From: Elsinoe ampelina
Lineage: Eukaryota
Reading direction: 5' to 3'
Assembly: GCA_010093995.1 (NCBI GenBank)
Contig: ML992507.1
Coordinates: forward strand, 1,449,147-1,513,146
Length of the DNA: 64,000 nucleotides
The notes under the pieces were generated by a model, which was given only the letters and a program-made list of their open reading frames with translations, did no database searches and was not told the DNA's origin. The position numbers and the translations under genes are program-made. Of this stretch, positions 12,532-25,417 are shown piece by piece. Position 1 is the first letter of the stretch. The number at the start of each line of letters is the position of its first letter.

Positions 12532-12761
12532 GAGAGCGTAGCTCAAGTGGTTAAGTAGTAAAACCAAGTCTCTGCCGTAACAAGCAGTTGACCGAGTTTG
12601 GGCCACTTCCTATTCAGCGCAGCTCTGACACAGAGCAAAGGCCTCGGGTTCAAGTCAAGTTCGCCTCTCTCTACGACACCACAAATTAATGTGCGATGCG
12701 GTTGAGAGAGGAGAAGCCCTGGTACACCGGTCCAGTTGAGTAGGAAGATAAGAGCTTTTTT
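12532..12761 (+). ncRNA. tRNA-headed, structured putative Pol III transcript (ncRNA or SINE-like); not a canonical tRNA
   Basis: A box TAGCTCAAGTGG 12539-12550; B box-like GGTTCAAGTC 12647-12656; TATA-like tatata ~12488; T6 terminator 12756-12761; several internal helices. Confidence 0.55.
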
Positions 12762-13706
12762 GCCTCGTTGGTGGACATTTTGCCACCGACCGGCACGAAG
12801 TCAGCATTTGATGGGCAGAGGAGAACAGTCAGATAGCAGGTATCTCACGCTGGAAGAGATACGACATACGAATAGCTTTTTGACACGCGCCTGAACACCA
12901 TGCCCACCTCCTTCCCTGCATACTACCAGTACGTCGATGCGACATGCAAATGCCCTTTTGGCACCCGCTGAAGCACATCAGCCTCTCTCTTCACACTACC
13001 CACACCTCCCTATAAACTACCAGCAACTCCACATCCTTCTCCCTTCTACTCCGAGCCTTCGTTGCAAGGCACCATCCAACACGAAGCTCCTCCGGCACTT
13101 CGCACCACCTGCAAGCGTCGCACACCCCTTCACCACCCATCCCTGGTAAATTCCGACAGGACGGCCATCCTCCAGTAGAACCTTTGCAGGTAAGGACACA
13201 TCGACTCCAATCGCAAAGGCCGATTACGTGAAAGCCCCAGCGTCGCCATGCCCACAATCAGATACCAGGCCTCAGCCCTGCACGATCGGCGACAGCAGAC
13301 AAGCGCTACCGAGACTTGGACCCGCAAAGCTCACCCGAAGATCCAACAAGCGATGCGCAGGTTCACCACCTACCACACGATACGATACCCTACCACACGA
13401 CGGGACGCAGCCGAATGCCCCCGATCACAATCCCGAACTGCCATCGCAAAAAAGACGCCAATGTTTACCCCCCTCCGCCCTCCACCCAGGCGACACTGAA
13501 GAAGCCTTTGACCATCACGACGCTACACCCGCCGAGGGAAGAGGAGTCGGGAGCCTGGCTGGCAGTGGCTTTTTGACGTGCGCCCCTGCAAAACCCATCC
13601 GACCCAACATCCTGCTGTTTCGCCTTCCCGCCGAGGTGCGCTCTGGGTCGGGCGGGAGTGGCGCTTGGTTTGGCCCTGAGGAGTGCTTTAGGAGCTGGGC
13701 GACGCT

Positions 13707-13818
13707 GGAAGAGGGGAGGGGAGAAGAGAAGGGAGGGAGAGAAGGGAGGGAGAGAAGGGAGGGAGAGAGGGGAGGGAGAGAGGGAAGGGAGAGGGGGGAG
13801 GGAGAGGGGAAAGGGAGA
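13707..13818 (+). repeat. 112-nt uninterrupted polypurine (GA) tract
   Basis: No pyrimidine between 13707 and 13818. Confidence 0.9.
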
Positions 13819-14509
13819 CAGCGATGGAAGGAAGTAGAGAAAAGGAGGGAGCAGAAGTGGTGAAAGAGAAGCTGGCGTGCTTGACAGTGACTGAATGCTC
13901 CGGGCAGACATGCACGAGGGCATTGATAGTCGTACCATGAGCCGTGCGCTTCATCCGTTTCTTCGTTGGCGTAGCAGTGGCGGCGTGGTACAGAGGCCCG
14001 GGCTGGATTGGATATTCACATTGCATTACCATTAACTACCACTCCTCTCACAAGACTCCTCTCCTCTCTCTTTCCACCTCTCTTGCCCTCCCCTTCATTC
14101 CATCCACCCTGCACGCCCATCTCCCCACCGCCTCCTCCCTCCATCTCCACCATCGGCCTTCCGCCCGAGGCCCACCGTGCAAGACCGGCTCCTCTCTCTA
14201 GAACAAACACAAACATGAACTTCTCCGACGGGTATCCCTGCCTCCCCTTTCCGCAACAAAAGAGGTGGCTGCATGATGCAATTTCCCAAGCAGTAAAACC
14301 AAAAAAAAGGTGGCGGCAGCACAAACAAAGGTCGTTAAAGTCGTGTGTCACTCCTCCTCCCTCGTCCAGCATCCTTGTCGAAGGTAGACACGAGAACCTC
14401 TCTTCCTTGATTCCTTTCGTCCCATCTACATCTGGGTCGTATTTCTATTTTTGAGTTTTCTGGGTATACCGATATTATGCAAAACAAACACTCCTGCGCG
14501 CGAAGGCTA

Positions 14510-15711
14510 CTAGGTATACGCGCTCCCTCCAGTGACAGGGATTGGCCAGTCATCCTCGGTGATGCTGGACCAGAAGAGCCAGATCGTGACGACCGCGCCG
14601 AGGTTGAATAAGACCTGGAACAAACCGCCATTGATGGCGCCGTTGGTGCCGTTGCAGATGTGGACGGAGGCGACGAATTGGAAGATTTGACCTATCGCGA
14701 AGAGGAGGGCGGCGGAGAAGAGGTAGACTGTTTGTTATTAGTACTTGAAGACTGGGTGGGGATTGAATGGACGTACTCATTGGTCTGCGCTCACCGAGGA
14801 CGCGGAGGACGAGGTTGGCTTCGAGGACGAAGAAGATGAAGATGAAGACCAGTGGGACGAGGAGGTAGAGGGTGTAGATGGAGTAGTGTCTGTTCTGGAG
14901 TGCAGGGTCAAGCGTGTCATTCCAGTAGCCTGTCCAGCTGAATCCGGTGTCGAGAGCGATGTAGCCTGTGCCTACGAACAGGATGGCAGAGGAGCCAAAG
15001 ATAAGGCCGAGAGAGACAAAGGTGCCGTCGTCGAGGACTTGGTAGCCGACTGCGCCGTTCATGAGCAGGATCCATGATGTGGCTGTCACTGCGGCGATGT
15101 GGATGGCGGTAAAGGCTCGTCGGACTGCGCTGTCGAGAGGGAAGCCGCCGACGGTGAAGATTTCGCAGATGCTGATGAGCATGTAGCCGACGAGGAAGAG
15201 TTGCATTTCTCTGCGGGAAAGTCAGGCTTGATCGTTGTGGTTGAGGTTTTGGAGTGCATACCTTCGTCCTACAGCCGCCCGCTTGCGGTTCGACCGCCAG
15301 AAGAGAAATGCGCATACCGCCAGAGCAATGCCATCTAGGAGGATTGATCCTGGAAAATTGTCAATCACATATTCCTCAATCTCTTGTCACGAATATCGAC
15401 ATACCCAAATTTGCCAATCTTCGTCCTCCGCTCAATTGCAGGCCTTCTAACGTGCAGCCTCCAGCGAATTCGGTGGTCGGCGAATTAGGGGCTAAGAGGA
15501 AGAGCTGGGCGGACGTCAGTATCCTGAGCCTCGAGAGTGACATACTGGGCTGCGATGCAGCGATTGTCGACTCACATTGCATGGCGGTAATGTCGAAGCG
15601 GTATTGCCTGTGTCCCGGCAGAAATCCTGTTCGGCCTCGTCAGCGACCATTTGTCTGCAGCGCAAGCGATCGGCGGCCGCATACCTGGAAACGCCCGTAC
15701 TGGGTCGACAT
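14510..15711 (-). CDS. Chitin synthase export chaperone (Chs7 family), multi-exon
   Basis: Spliced product MSTQYGRFQ/DFCRD..TLPPCN/..ANLG/..RKRAAVGRR/EMQLFLVGYMLISICEIFTVGGFPL...FWSSITEDDW..*; five canonical introns; multi-pass membrane pattern. May be the CHS7 paralog rather than the ortholog. Confidence 0.88.
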
Positions 15712-17242
15712 GATTGTGAGAGGAGCAGTCCGTGTGAGCTACGGGCGAGGTCAAATAGCGAGCTGTCTGCCGTCGAGGGCAGCTGTTGTTTGCGAGCGGT
15801 CGTGGGTCGTAAATCGTTGAGAGCGAATGGAGATTGTAGCGAGAGCACAGATGGAGCGGCAGAGTCGAGGGTCTATGAGGCAAGGAAACCAGGCTATTCC
15901 TCGTGTGAGATGCTCCCAGCGGTGCGGCTCAAAAGCTGTGGCAGGGAAGATCGGGTCCGGCGCGCGCTAGTGTCCAAGGACAAAACAGGGTTTGGACCGC
16001 GATCAAGGAGTTTTTAGAAATTGCGTCGTCGTCGTAGATGCAGTGTTGGCTTCACTTTTATCATTGACGTGACTTGTCTCGGTCTGCGGAATGAATGATG
16101 TCGATGGATAATTCTGAACAAAAACGTCTGTGACGGAGTGTGTTCAGCTTGGGTTCGAGGTTGCCTGGTTTCTGTTTTCAGCTCCGACGCAGCGTTGTCC
16201 GGTGCATGTGCTGGAAGGGAACCACTTGCAGCTCCAGCCACGCTCTCCAGAGCTTGCGGTGAGTGCACGTAAAATCGCGGTTTGGAGCAAACGCGAAAAA
16301 ATTGCTGATCCCGGCTCTCTTGCGAGTGACGTCGCACCGTTTACCGTTCCGCTGTCGATTGTGGTAGATCCCATGACGATCTGTATATCAAGGATGCATA
16401 TACTTTGCACATGTGTCGCGATCAAGCACTCTTCATTATTGCTCCAATATTTCGATTTTGCTATACAAGCAATATCACACCTCCGTATCCATTCCACCTC
16501 ACGACTCACGCCGAGACACCTTCGCCTGTAGTAGCCATGACACTAAGCTTTAGCGCCTCGAGCTGAAACATGGCGATTCCTGACACTCGAACTGGAACGC
16601 GTTTGAGAGTGGTCTTTGGGGGACATATTCTGTCATCACATCGCTCTTCTCGCTATTGGATATTCTATGCTATTTCGCTTCCGTTCAGCATGAAAGAACA
16701 CGATGCGCAAACGCAATGAGTTCATGGTTGGCCGAACAGCGGCGGAAATTACACATGTCACCAAGCTCATTTCCCGCCGCTAAAGGCGCTACTCCACGCA
16801 TTGTCTCTCATGGAATGGTGGAAGAAAGTATGGGCTGTTTGTTTTTTACACTGTGCTTGCTGTATCTAGCTCTCTGCATGCCGTCGCTTACGATCATGCT
16901 GCATTTACTGGCGGTAGTAGTACAATAGGGTTTCCTTCCCCAATGCCTCCTCAGTACAGGTAAGAGGTTCGTCCTGCGATGCTGCGCTCCCGTTGCTATG
17001 CGAGCAGCAAAGTCGTGGAGTGAAGGATTCACGATCTTCTGAGACATTCATCTCACTCCCATCCCGCGACCATCACAGTGACGTGAAGCCATTCCCGCAG
17101 TTATCTTGGCTTGACAGCACTCGATGCCGCCTGTCAGAAGCTCTGTGCTACAACGGAACAGTCCATCTCTAGTCCTCTTGTGCATGAAGAAGCCAGTCTG
17201 CCCAGCAGTCTCTGGTCCTGCAATTAGAAGTAGGTAGGCAAT

Positions 17243-18111
17243 TCATGTATTGCAACACCCACCAGCCTGCTGTCGATTCGGCGCATCCCTCATGCCAAGG
17301 TTGAGCGTCTTTGCAGTATTCCGTCCTCCAGCTCCTGGTCCTTTGACGCCAGATCTTCTGTCATTCAAGTCATATTTGCCAGCCTCGATGTTCTGGTATA
17401 TCCGCTCTGCAACCTCCAGAAACGCCCTCTCCACACCATCTCCGCTCTTCGCCGACGTCTCGACGTATTGCATGACCTTGTTCGCCTTGCACCACTCTTC
17501 CGCCTCTTGTCGTGTGACCTGTCTCTGGTTCGGTGCCTCTGCGTCCCCGCTTGCTGTTGATGCATTTGCGAGATCGCTCTTGTTGCCAACTAATACTACC
17601 ACAATCCCTTCTTCTGCAATCTGCCGGAGGTCGTGTAGCCATTCCGTGACGTGGTTAAATGTGGCTCGTCGAGTTATGTCAAAGACGAGTAGAGCTCCGC
17701 TAGCGCCTCGGAAGTACGACCGTGTAATAGACTTGTACGTCTCCTGCCCAGCAGTATCCCACAGCGACAGCTTCATGTGCTTCTGTGGCCCAGTCGAACT
17801 ACCACTCTTCGCTGGTGTACTCAACGTTCCCCCTTCATTGGAGGCCGCATTGGGGTTGTTGATGTCGAGGGATAATGACGCGGGAGGCCCGACAGGTACT
17901 ATGCACGACCCGAACTCGACGCCAATAGTAACATCATGTATCGGCGAGAAGCGCTTCTCCGTGATCCGTATTGTCAACTACCAGTGCGCGACCGTCAGTC
18001 ATCATGCCCGAGGTCGTCATTGAGGAGAAGAGGAATACCCACCGAGCTTTTTCCGCTACCACTGTCACCGAGCGACACGATCTTCGCTATGTAGTCCCAT
18101 GGCTGGGACAT
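17243..18111 (-). CDS. Rab-family small GTPase (Rab2-like)
   Basis: GDSGSGKS (exon 1), TIGVEF, WDTAGQE, GNKSD, ETSAK and C-terminal CCNT prenylation motif; one intron ~17980-18042. Confidence 0.92.
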
Positions 18112-18735
18112 GAGGTATGATGCACTACCGTAGAAGCGATGTGAGTGAAAGAAGGTTGGCCTGCGATCAGATAATGACGTTCGAGTGTGCAGTACCTGCA
18201 AGACCTGCAGGCCACGCTAAGGGGTAAAGCTCTGCTAAGGCTAACACGCAAGCTCCAGTGACGAACGGTGCCGGGGTTGTGCAGTTAGGATGATTGGAGG
18301 GAGGAGGCTGACTTGGACCTTCAGAGGACGGGTCCTGCCGGTGAGCGGAGAAGGGTTGGAGACTCAAACCTTAAACATCGACGTCACTGTGCATTTGCTC
18401 GTCACCGAATACACCTCGCCGGAACGACTAATTTACCATTCTGCCCGTGGGATCAACAGGAACGCAGGAAAAGGCAATTTGCGCCTCAGTCGATCTGCAC
18501 GCTAGAGTCAGTCTTCTGCCCTTCTACGCCAAATGTAGCCGCAGCCGACCTCAACGTCGCGCCGTGGCGTTTTCCCGTCTGAAGGGGATGATTCATACTT
18601 GATGTCAGCATACTTAAGATCCTTCAGCCCAAGAGATTTCATCTGATTAGACCGATTGCTCTAGACCTGGCCATTGTATTTCCGCCTCTACTTCATCCCG
18701 TCCTATATCTCGATCGTTGACGTAAAGACCTCAAC

Positions 18736-19574
18736 ATGGCTGCAACGGTGGACGGCTCGGCCGCCGAGGGTGGCGCAGAAATAACCACGCCAGCACAGAC
18801 TGAGAAGAAGCGCCCCGTCGTGTGCGTATTGTGAGTTGAGCATTGCCCTGGTTCGTCGTAGCTGTCGCTGATCACCGACAGTTGTGGAGCTTCGCCAGGT
18901 ACATCGCCACTGCACATGGAAGCCGCCCGAGCATTGGCCAGGTTGTTCCACGACAAAGGCATCTCCCTAGTGTACGGAGGAGGAACGGTAGGCATCATGG
19001 GGGAGGTTGCAAAGACGCTAGTATCCTTATCCGGCCCAGATGCTGTACACGGGATCATACCCAAGGCTTTGGTTCGGTTCGAGCGAGACTGGGGTCAGGA
19101 GAAGAAGGTTGCAGATGTGATTGACGTATCACAATTTGGTCACACGACAGTAGTGGCTGACATGCATACTCGCAAGCAACTCATGGCCCAGGAAGTGATC
19201 AACGGTGGCGAGGGTAGTGGTTTCGTTGCTCTGAGTGGCGGGTATGGTACCATGGAAGAACTCATGGAGGTGACCACATGTAAGTGACATGGCGGCTACA
19301 GTCGCGTGCTTTTCCGATTCGGCTCCGCGGAAAACTGATTTTCCATGCAGGGAATCAATTAGGGATCCACTCTCGAGGTGTGATCGTTTACAATGTCGAT
19401 GGTTACTACGATGGACTTCTCCATTGGGTCAGAAATGCGGTGAAGAGCGGCTTCATCGCAGACAGCAACAAGAACATCATGATTGAAGCCAAGACGCCTC
19501 AAGAAGTATTCGACGCGTTACAAGACTACCAGATCGCTTCTGGAAGATTCAACCTTCAATGGGAGGAGAAGTGA
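18736..19574 (+). CDS. LOG-family nucleoside-monophosphate phosphoribohydrolase (lysine-decarboxylase-like fold)
   Basis: VVCVF/CGAS, LVYGGGTVGIMG, MHTRKQLM, SGGYGTMEE, TW/NQLGIH; introns ~18831-18880 and ~19280-19350. Confidence 0.92.
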
Positions 19575-19824
19575 AATCCATCAGTAGTCACGGATTGGAC
19601 GAAGAGATCGCAGTTGAAGTATTGCGATGAGCGCGCTGTGATTGTACTTTTTTCATGAAAAAATAGATCTGGTAAGGTTGAGACAGAACGCTTCGTGAAT
19701 AAGTATCGTGATCTCATGCTGGCCAGTGCTGATTCAAGGTTGGTTCATGCATATTTGGCAGGTAATGGAAACAAAGAACGGCCGAACTTTCCCTAACAAA
19801 TGATCGGGGAGGAGATCTGCATGA

Positions 19825-20379
19825 TCAGCTGTCTTGACCTCTTAGCACCTTGTTGGCAACTGCGGGCCAGTAGTCCCCGGTGTAACCATCAACGCGCAAG
19901 CATGTCCCGATACTGTCGGGGCCGTGGAAGCTATTTCGTCCGCAGTAAAGCAGGATCAAAGCGTCGGGTTCCGTCCCTTCGTGGATTCGATGGTATACGC
20001 TCATGGCGTTTCGAGCAAAGATTGTTTGTTGATCGACAGATGCCTGTTGTGCTTCAGACGAGTAGCCAGCCGGTTCGCACACGACGACCATAATCGTTGC
20101 TGTCTGGTCGATGTAATTGACATGCGTGTCCGTCACTCCGATCTTTGGAAGGTAAGGCACGTGGCGTATCGGCCCCGGATGAATGGACCCGAGAGCCCTC
20201 CCGAGATCTTCGAAAGGATCCTTTGATTGGCCGCTGCCATTGCTGCTTGGTGGAGGAACGACGGGCGTGAATAGGACTATCATCTCGTCATCGGGCAAGT
20301 TGCACCAGGCGATGGCAGTCTCGTCGAAAAGGGTGATTTCGTGAACTCGCTGTCCAATTGCATGTCCATTGGGAGCCAT
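19825..20379 (-). CDS. Hypothetical protein resembling the C-terminal domain of fungal GH3 beta-N-acetylglucosaminidase-like proteins; start uncertain
   Basis: 184-aa ORF with 'IVLFTPVVPP...DPFEDLGRAL..H...RHVPY'; family resemblance is from recall only. Confidence 0.55.
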   Translation of the reverse strand: MAPNGHAIGQRVHEITLFDETAIAWCNLPDDEMIVLFTPVVPPPSSNGSGQSKDPFEDLGRALGSIHPGPIRHVPYLPKIGVTDTHVNYIDQTATIMVVVCEPAGYSSEAQQASVDQQTIFARNAMSVYHRIHEGTEPDALILLYCGRNSFHGPDSIGTCLRVDGYTGDYWPAVANKVLRGQDS

Positions 20380-21931
20380 CAGAGACGTCTGGTCGGGGAA
20401 GAGTGCAAGGTAGTGGACTCAGGTAGCCAGTGTCAAGGTCGGATTTGCAACCCAAGAAAGCCTTGTACAATGTAGAGTTGCCCAGCCGAGACAGATATCA
20501 CGCTGGCAAAACCTGGAGTCGTGTCGAGGATCGTGATTGCGGCAGTCGAGACTTGCGAGACGCATAGGAGTGGTGGCCTTTGTGGGCGTTCGAATGGGTT
20601 ATAAGTGGTAGTCAAAGAAGGTTTAACAAGGGTCCAAAGTTTGTCCTGTTGGTAACCCACTGGAACAAGGTGATCGACAAAGTCAGTGAGAACGAACGTA
20701 TGTTTGGCGGAGCCTCAGTACGGGAGGTTAAGTAGTAGAGGACCCCGCGGCTCTTACCTGTGTCACAAGGCCTCACATCCAATATCGACCGCCTAATGTG
20801 GGCCGGAAGGTGACACAAGATATTAACACTCATCTTTGTGTGACAACATGTCGTGCAAGAATTGTGACACCAAACCCACTTAGCGGACATGAAGAGCACT
20901 AGGTAAAGGGACTAAGGTCCAGGCAGTGGCTCAAAGCTAAATCGGAGAGATAGACGAGGATTCGACCATTGTCAGCACATGGGGGAGGCGTCATAAAACG
21001 AAATGACGGGCAACATAGGCGACGAAGTGTGGTGGCGTGGATGTAGTAAAGGTAAGCGATGGGATGCATGAGCTGTCGTTGTGTCCAAGCTTTGGCTTCA
21101 GCTGTACGTCCGGAGGTACCCAGTGTGATAGCGTGGCGTTAGCTGTCGCCCGGGTATGGCGTTGACGAACCCTTGGAGGTCCGGGTAGGGGCTTCGCATC
21201 TGGATTAGGTAGAGGCGCTAGACAGTGTGATCCGATGTGCCGGAGGGGTTGCGGTACACAGGATGCAAGTGTCATTCGATACCGGTTTTCTCGAAAAATG
21301 ATAAAGTTGCGAGGCACAGTGTGTATTGACATATTGGGCCTCTTAACGAGCTAGTCGCGGTGGAGAAGATTGCTTAGCTGGAGCGGGCCTACTTGTGGGA
21401 CCTGTAGCAGATGGAGAGGAGAGAGGAGCCCTCGAGGAGCTGCAGTGAACGGGAGCATCGGGAGCACTCGGTCGGGTCACCGGCCACGTCATGGGCGCCT
21501 TTCCGGAGCTTCCCGCAACTCAAGCTCCACGTCGACTTCTCCCAATTCGACGTGCATCTTTCTTCTTGCATTATTATTCCCCGTGCCTCATGCAGGCAGT
21601 GTCGGTTCGCCCATGGCCTGCCAGAATCCTCACCGAGGTGCTGCAGTCGCGAGGACCCTTTCTATTTTTAAGGCGGCAGCTGCACCGAAACCCCTTCGGA
21701 CGTGGTCTCTTTCCCTACTGAGTGTGACCTGAGGGGACATCTTGAAGGGCAAATTCCCGTACGGAAATATCGAAATCTCCACGCTCAGACGGTGAAAGTC
21801 TTGCGACTTGAATTTACCCTCGGCACTCCCACGGACGTCGACAACATTCGCCTGCATCGAACCCCAACCTGTGGTCTGGCTGCCCACCTACTCACAGTCG
21901 GCTTTCTGCATGAAGACTTGTCAGCCCCGCC

Positions 21932-24337
21932 ATGGTAGTCGTGCAACCACTGGGGGCGAGCCTGTGTCGGAATCATGACCCCTTCTCACCCCCCACCCCC
22001 TCTCAATCCGCACTAAAGCCTTGGAGAACAAATCTGGTAGGTCATCCCGAACTTAATCTTGCATGATGCACTGCAACCTGCCGAGATCTCCGTTTCTTGG
22101 TCTGTTCACTCTCTACTGCACTATCTACTTTCGGGCAGTGCTTTGAGCTTGCCATCACTTACCTCTCCCCCGCCGGCTCGTGAGTATACTGCACGATGAG
22201 AGGCTTGCGGTAACGACCGGTCTAGACACACGGCTGATGCTGTCAGACCGGTCTGTCGAATACCCACAACCTGTACTTTGTCGCCCACGCAAGCGAGATC
22301 ATCGTCCATGAACCAAACTTCCCGGCTCAAGACATACCGAATTCCTTCAGCTTGGTAGTGAGCACACCGCCGTCATCGCGAGGTCTGAAAGGCCACATCG
22401 ACCCTCGTACCCCACATGCGATCAACAATCTCGTAGTCGATTACCTTGGATCTGAAGAAATTCTGGCCGTCGTTCGAGATGATGGAGATGTTGACGCATA
22501 TCTTACCAAGCACATATCGGCGGCAATTCAGCGCCGTCGGAGTACATCGAATTCGCTGTCCGTGGTTGCGACTGAAATACGACCATTGCTGCATCGTAAT
22601 GTCGGGAATAGCGCATGGGGACTGGCAGTTCATACCGAAGCTCGCCTGATAGCAGTCTCTTCAAACAACCACGACTGCAACATTTTCAAATTCGGCCTAG
22701 CGGACCACACTGGCGATGAGTCTGTCCATGGCTCATCTGGATATTCACAATTTTCAGATCGGGAAGAAGACGAGCACATCAGATTACCAAATGGTGGTGC
22801 GAATATTCCGTGCATTGCTTTTTGCAATACCGGTCACGATCCTGATGGAAGATATCTGCTTACGACCGACATATCCGGCCTGACCAGATGGTGGGATCTG
22901 CAATCAATGGCGGGTCCGCAAGGCATGTACACCGGGCGAACACCGCGGCAGACTAGCGCCTTCAGTGAAGATTGTGCGGGATGGGGCGTGGCATTCCTCG
23001 ATCCAAGATCTTTCGCCGAGGTTGACGACTTTCATGATGCAGCATTCCCGTCCGCAGCCAAGCACGCAGTAGATCTCAAATACGATTCAGCCGTTTGGGA
23101 TCTGACTGCGGCACGTCTCGGTCTCTCCGCTGCAGGGGATGCACACGCATCCCCAATGACATCCATTCCCTCGCCGAACGGTGATGGACACGAAAGGACA
23201 CCTCAAAGATCGTCGAGTCATGGATTCGGCGAGCGACGATCGACACGACGAACTTCGCAGCGCGATGTTGGCACACCGTCAAACGTCGGCGACGAAGTTG
23301 ATGTTTCGGTCGAAGAGGCATTTGTAGAACGAATCAGAAAAGTCATTTTGCGTGTTGGCGAAGACGGCTCGAACAGCATTACCAGCTCAGAAGACAGCTC
23401 TGAACAGGACGATGACGACGACGATGATGACATGCAGGACATCATGGATGAAGACGAAGAAGATATCGACGACAACAATGGAGTGCCACTAGACACTCGC
23501 GATTTACCCTCAAACACCATGACCACCACCACAGCCAGCACCGCCCTATCGCCTCCTCTCGACTCTGACGGCCCCGACCTCGTCCCCTTCAACACCCCAG
23601 CCCGCACCCCCCGCTCCCGCCTCCGCATCCGCCGCGAACTCACCATCCTCCGCCGCCTCTACGCCGACCAATACCCCATCCCCCGCTCCCCGTCCCCCTC
23701 CCCAGCAGAACAAAACTACCACCTCCTCTTCGCCAACGACACCGCCATATGCCCCGGCCTTCCCTGCCCCATCTTCACCGCCTCAGTACGAGACATGCAC
23801 CTCCTCCAGCCCGCCACCTCCCCTTCGCCAACCGCAACGGCCCACCTCCCCCTGATCCTCCTGGGCAACGCCTTCAAGATCCCCCTCTCCGCCGACGCCG
23901 ATGACTTCGCCTTTGACACTGATTTCTCCGAGCGCTGCTCTTTGCTCGCGCAGATCCCTTCCCTCGGCGTGCTGGTCGTGGGGAACCAGAAGGGTAAAGT
24001 GGCGGTGCTTTCGGGGTTCAAGACCAGGGAGAGGGTCAATATCAAGGGACCTGGAGGGACGCGGGTCAAGGGGACGAAGTGGGTGTATGGGTTGAGGTTG
24101 GAGGCGATGGTGCCGTTTCGTAGGCAGGAGAGGGAGGGGTTGAAGCCGGCTTGTCAGTTGTATGGGGTGGCGGTGGGGAGGATGCAGGGGTGTTTGAGGG
24201 GGAATGGAGGGGAAGGGAGGGAGGGAGGAGAGGAGAGGTGGAGGTTGATGGTTATGTGGATTGATGAGACGGTGTTGAGTTATGAGATTAGGAGGGGGGG
24301 AAAGGGGGGGTTGGGGGTAGAGGGGTTGCTGATCTGA
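21932..24337 (+). CDS. Crt10-family beta-propeller protein
   Basis: Exon 1 21932-22036 ends PWRTNL; intron 22037-22246; then TGLSNTHNLYFVAH...PHAINNLVVDYLGSEEIL..DDGDV..SAWGLAVH..RLIAVSSN, matching the Crt10 pattern. Confidence 0.8.
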
Positions 24338-24891
24338 GTGGGCATGAAGAGGTTGGCCACGCAGTCGGTACGAAGAATAGGAGCGAGTGAGCAGATACAG
24401 ACCTGTCGAAATGATACGGCTGTGTCATCTTCGCTTGTCCGTCGGCGAGATCAAGATCTTGCCATGCTGCACATGGTCCGTGTAGATCTCATTTGCCGCT
24501 TTGTGGGAATGCTAGTTCCATAAAGTCTCTTCCGGTGCATGTACAATATAATCTTGACCGAGTTACGAACACGGACCTGTTGGCAATACGTCTGACAAAT
24601 CCAAAGAAGGATATGCAAAACTTCAATAGCAGCATCTCAGCTGCCCTGGAGTGGTAATACACATTACACAGGATCTATACAGGAGCTTTTCTGTTGTTCC
24701 TCCGTCCGCTGTTTATGCATTCTATACCCGTCCATCCATAACGATGCAAACGCCGTGGTACACCCATATGCAACATCCCTTGTTCCATGTACCCAGATGC
24801 ATAGAACGCCCCCGAACCAATGCCTGTTCATCGCTCCCATCCTTCTACCCTGCCCATTCCTCGACTTTGTGTCCCTCTCCTTCTGTGCATT

Positions 24892-25417
24892 CTATTCCCC
24901 TCCCCCCACAACCCCCGTAACCCCCTCCCTCACCCCCTCCACCACCCCTCTCGTCTCCCCCAGCAACGAATCGCTCACCTCCTCCAACCTCTCCGCCACC
25001 ATCCTACCGACAGAGTCCAGCTCATGCGTGTCTCCAAGCAGATAATACCATCCTCTGCGAAGGACGTTTGATATTGACGCTGGTAGGTAAAGGGCCGTGG
25101 CGATCATGACCATTGCTAGGAAGAGGAAGAGGATGGAGTCTACTCATTGTTAGTGACTGGGGCGTAGGAAGGAAGAAGGCGATAGGAAAGGGGAGGGAAG
25201 GGAAGGGAAGAGGAAGCGTACTGAATATGAATTTCTCCGTTGGCGTGAGCATGTATAGACTGAATGTTACTTCGTATTGGTAGCGTTTGCGTTGGAACCA
25301 GCGGAGGACGCGCGAGGGGTAGACGGAGAGGATGAGGATTGGGACCAAGAGGGGGACGGCGAGGAGGTAGAGGTTGGTGGGTTGTGAGGGAGCGGGGGTT
25401 GTTGCTGTGGTGGACAT
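24892..25417 (-). CDS. Serine palmitoyltransferase small-subunit-like protein
   Basis: RWFQRKRYQYEVTFSLYMLTPTEKFIF/NSILFLFLAMVMIATALYLP; one intron ~25140-25221. Confidence 0.85.

Noticed and set aside
12532..12672. Functional tRNA gene
   Set aside because: The T-stem does not pair, the putative anticodon hairpin has a non-canonical loop, and ~60 extra nt interrupt the D-arm region. Reported as a tRNA-derived element instead.
13228..14454. Long ORFs in several frames around the GA tract
   Set aside because: They are kept open by stop-free low-complexity sequence; no domain or coding pattern.
18736..19574. LOG gene as part of a cytokinin biosynthesis cluster
   Set aside because: No isopentenyltransferase or P450 nearby; single LOG genes are common in fungi.
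20400..21900. Short ORFs between the GH3-C-like and CRT10-like genes
   Set aside because: No recognisable motifs or consistent splice structure; likely promoter or UTR.
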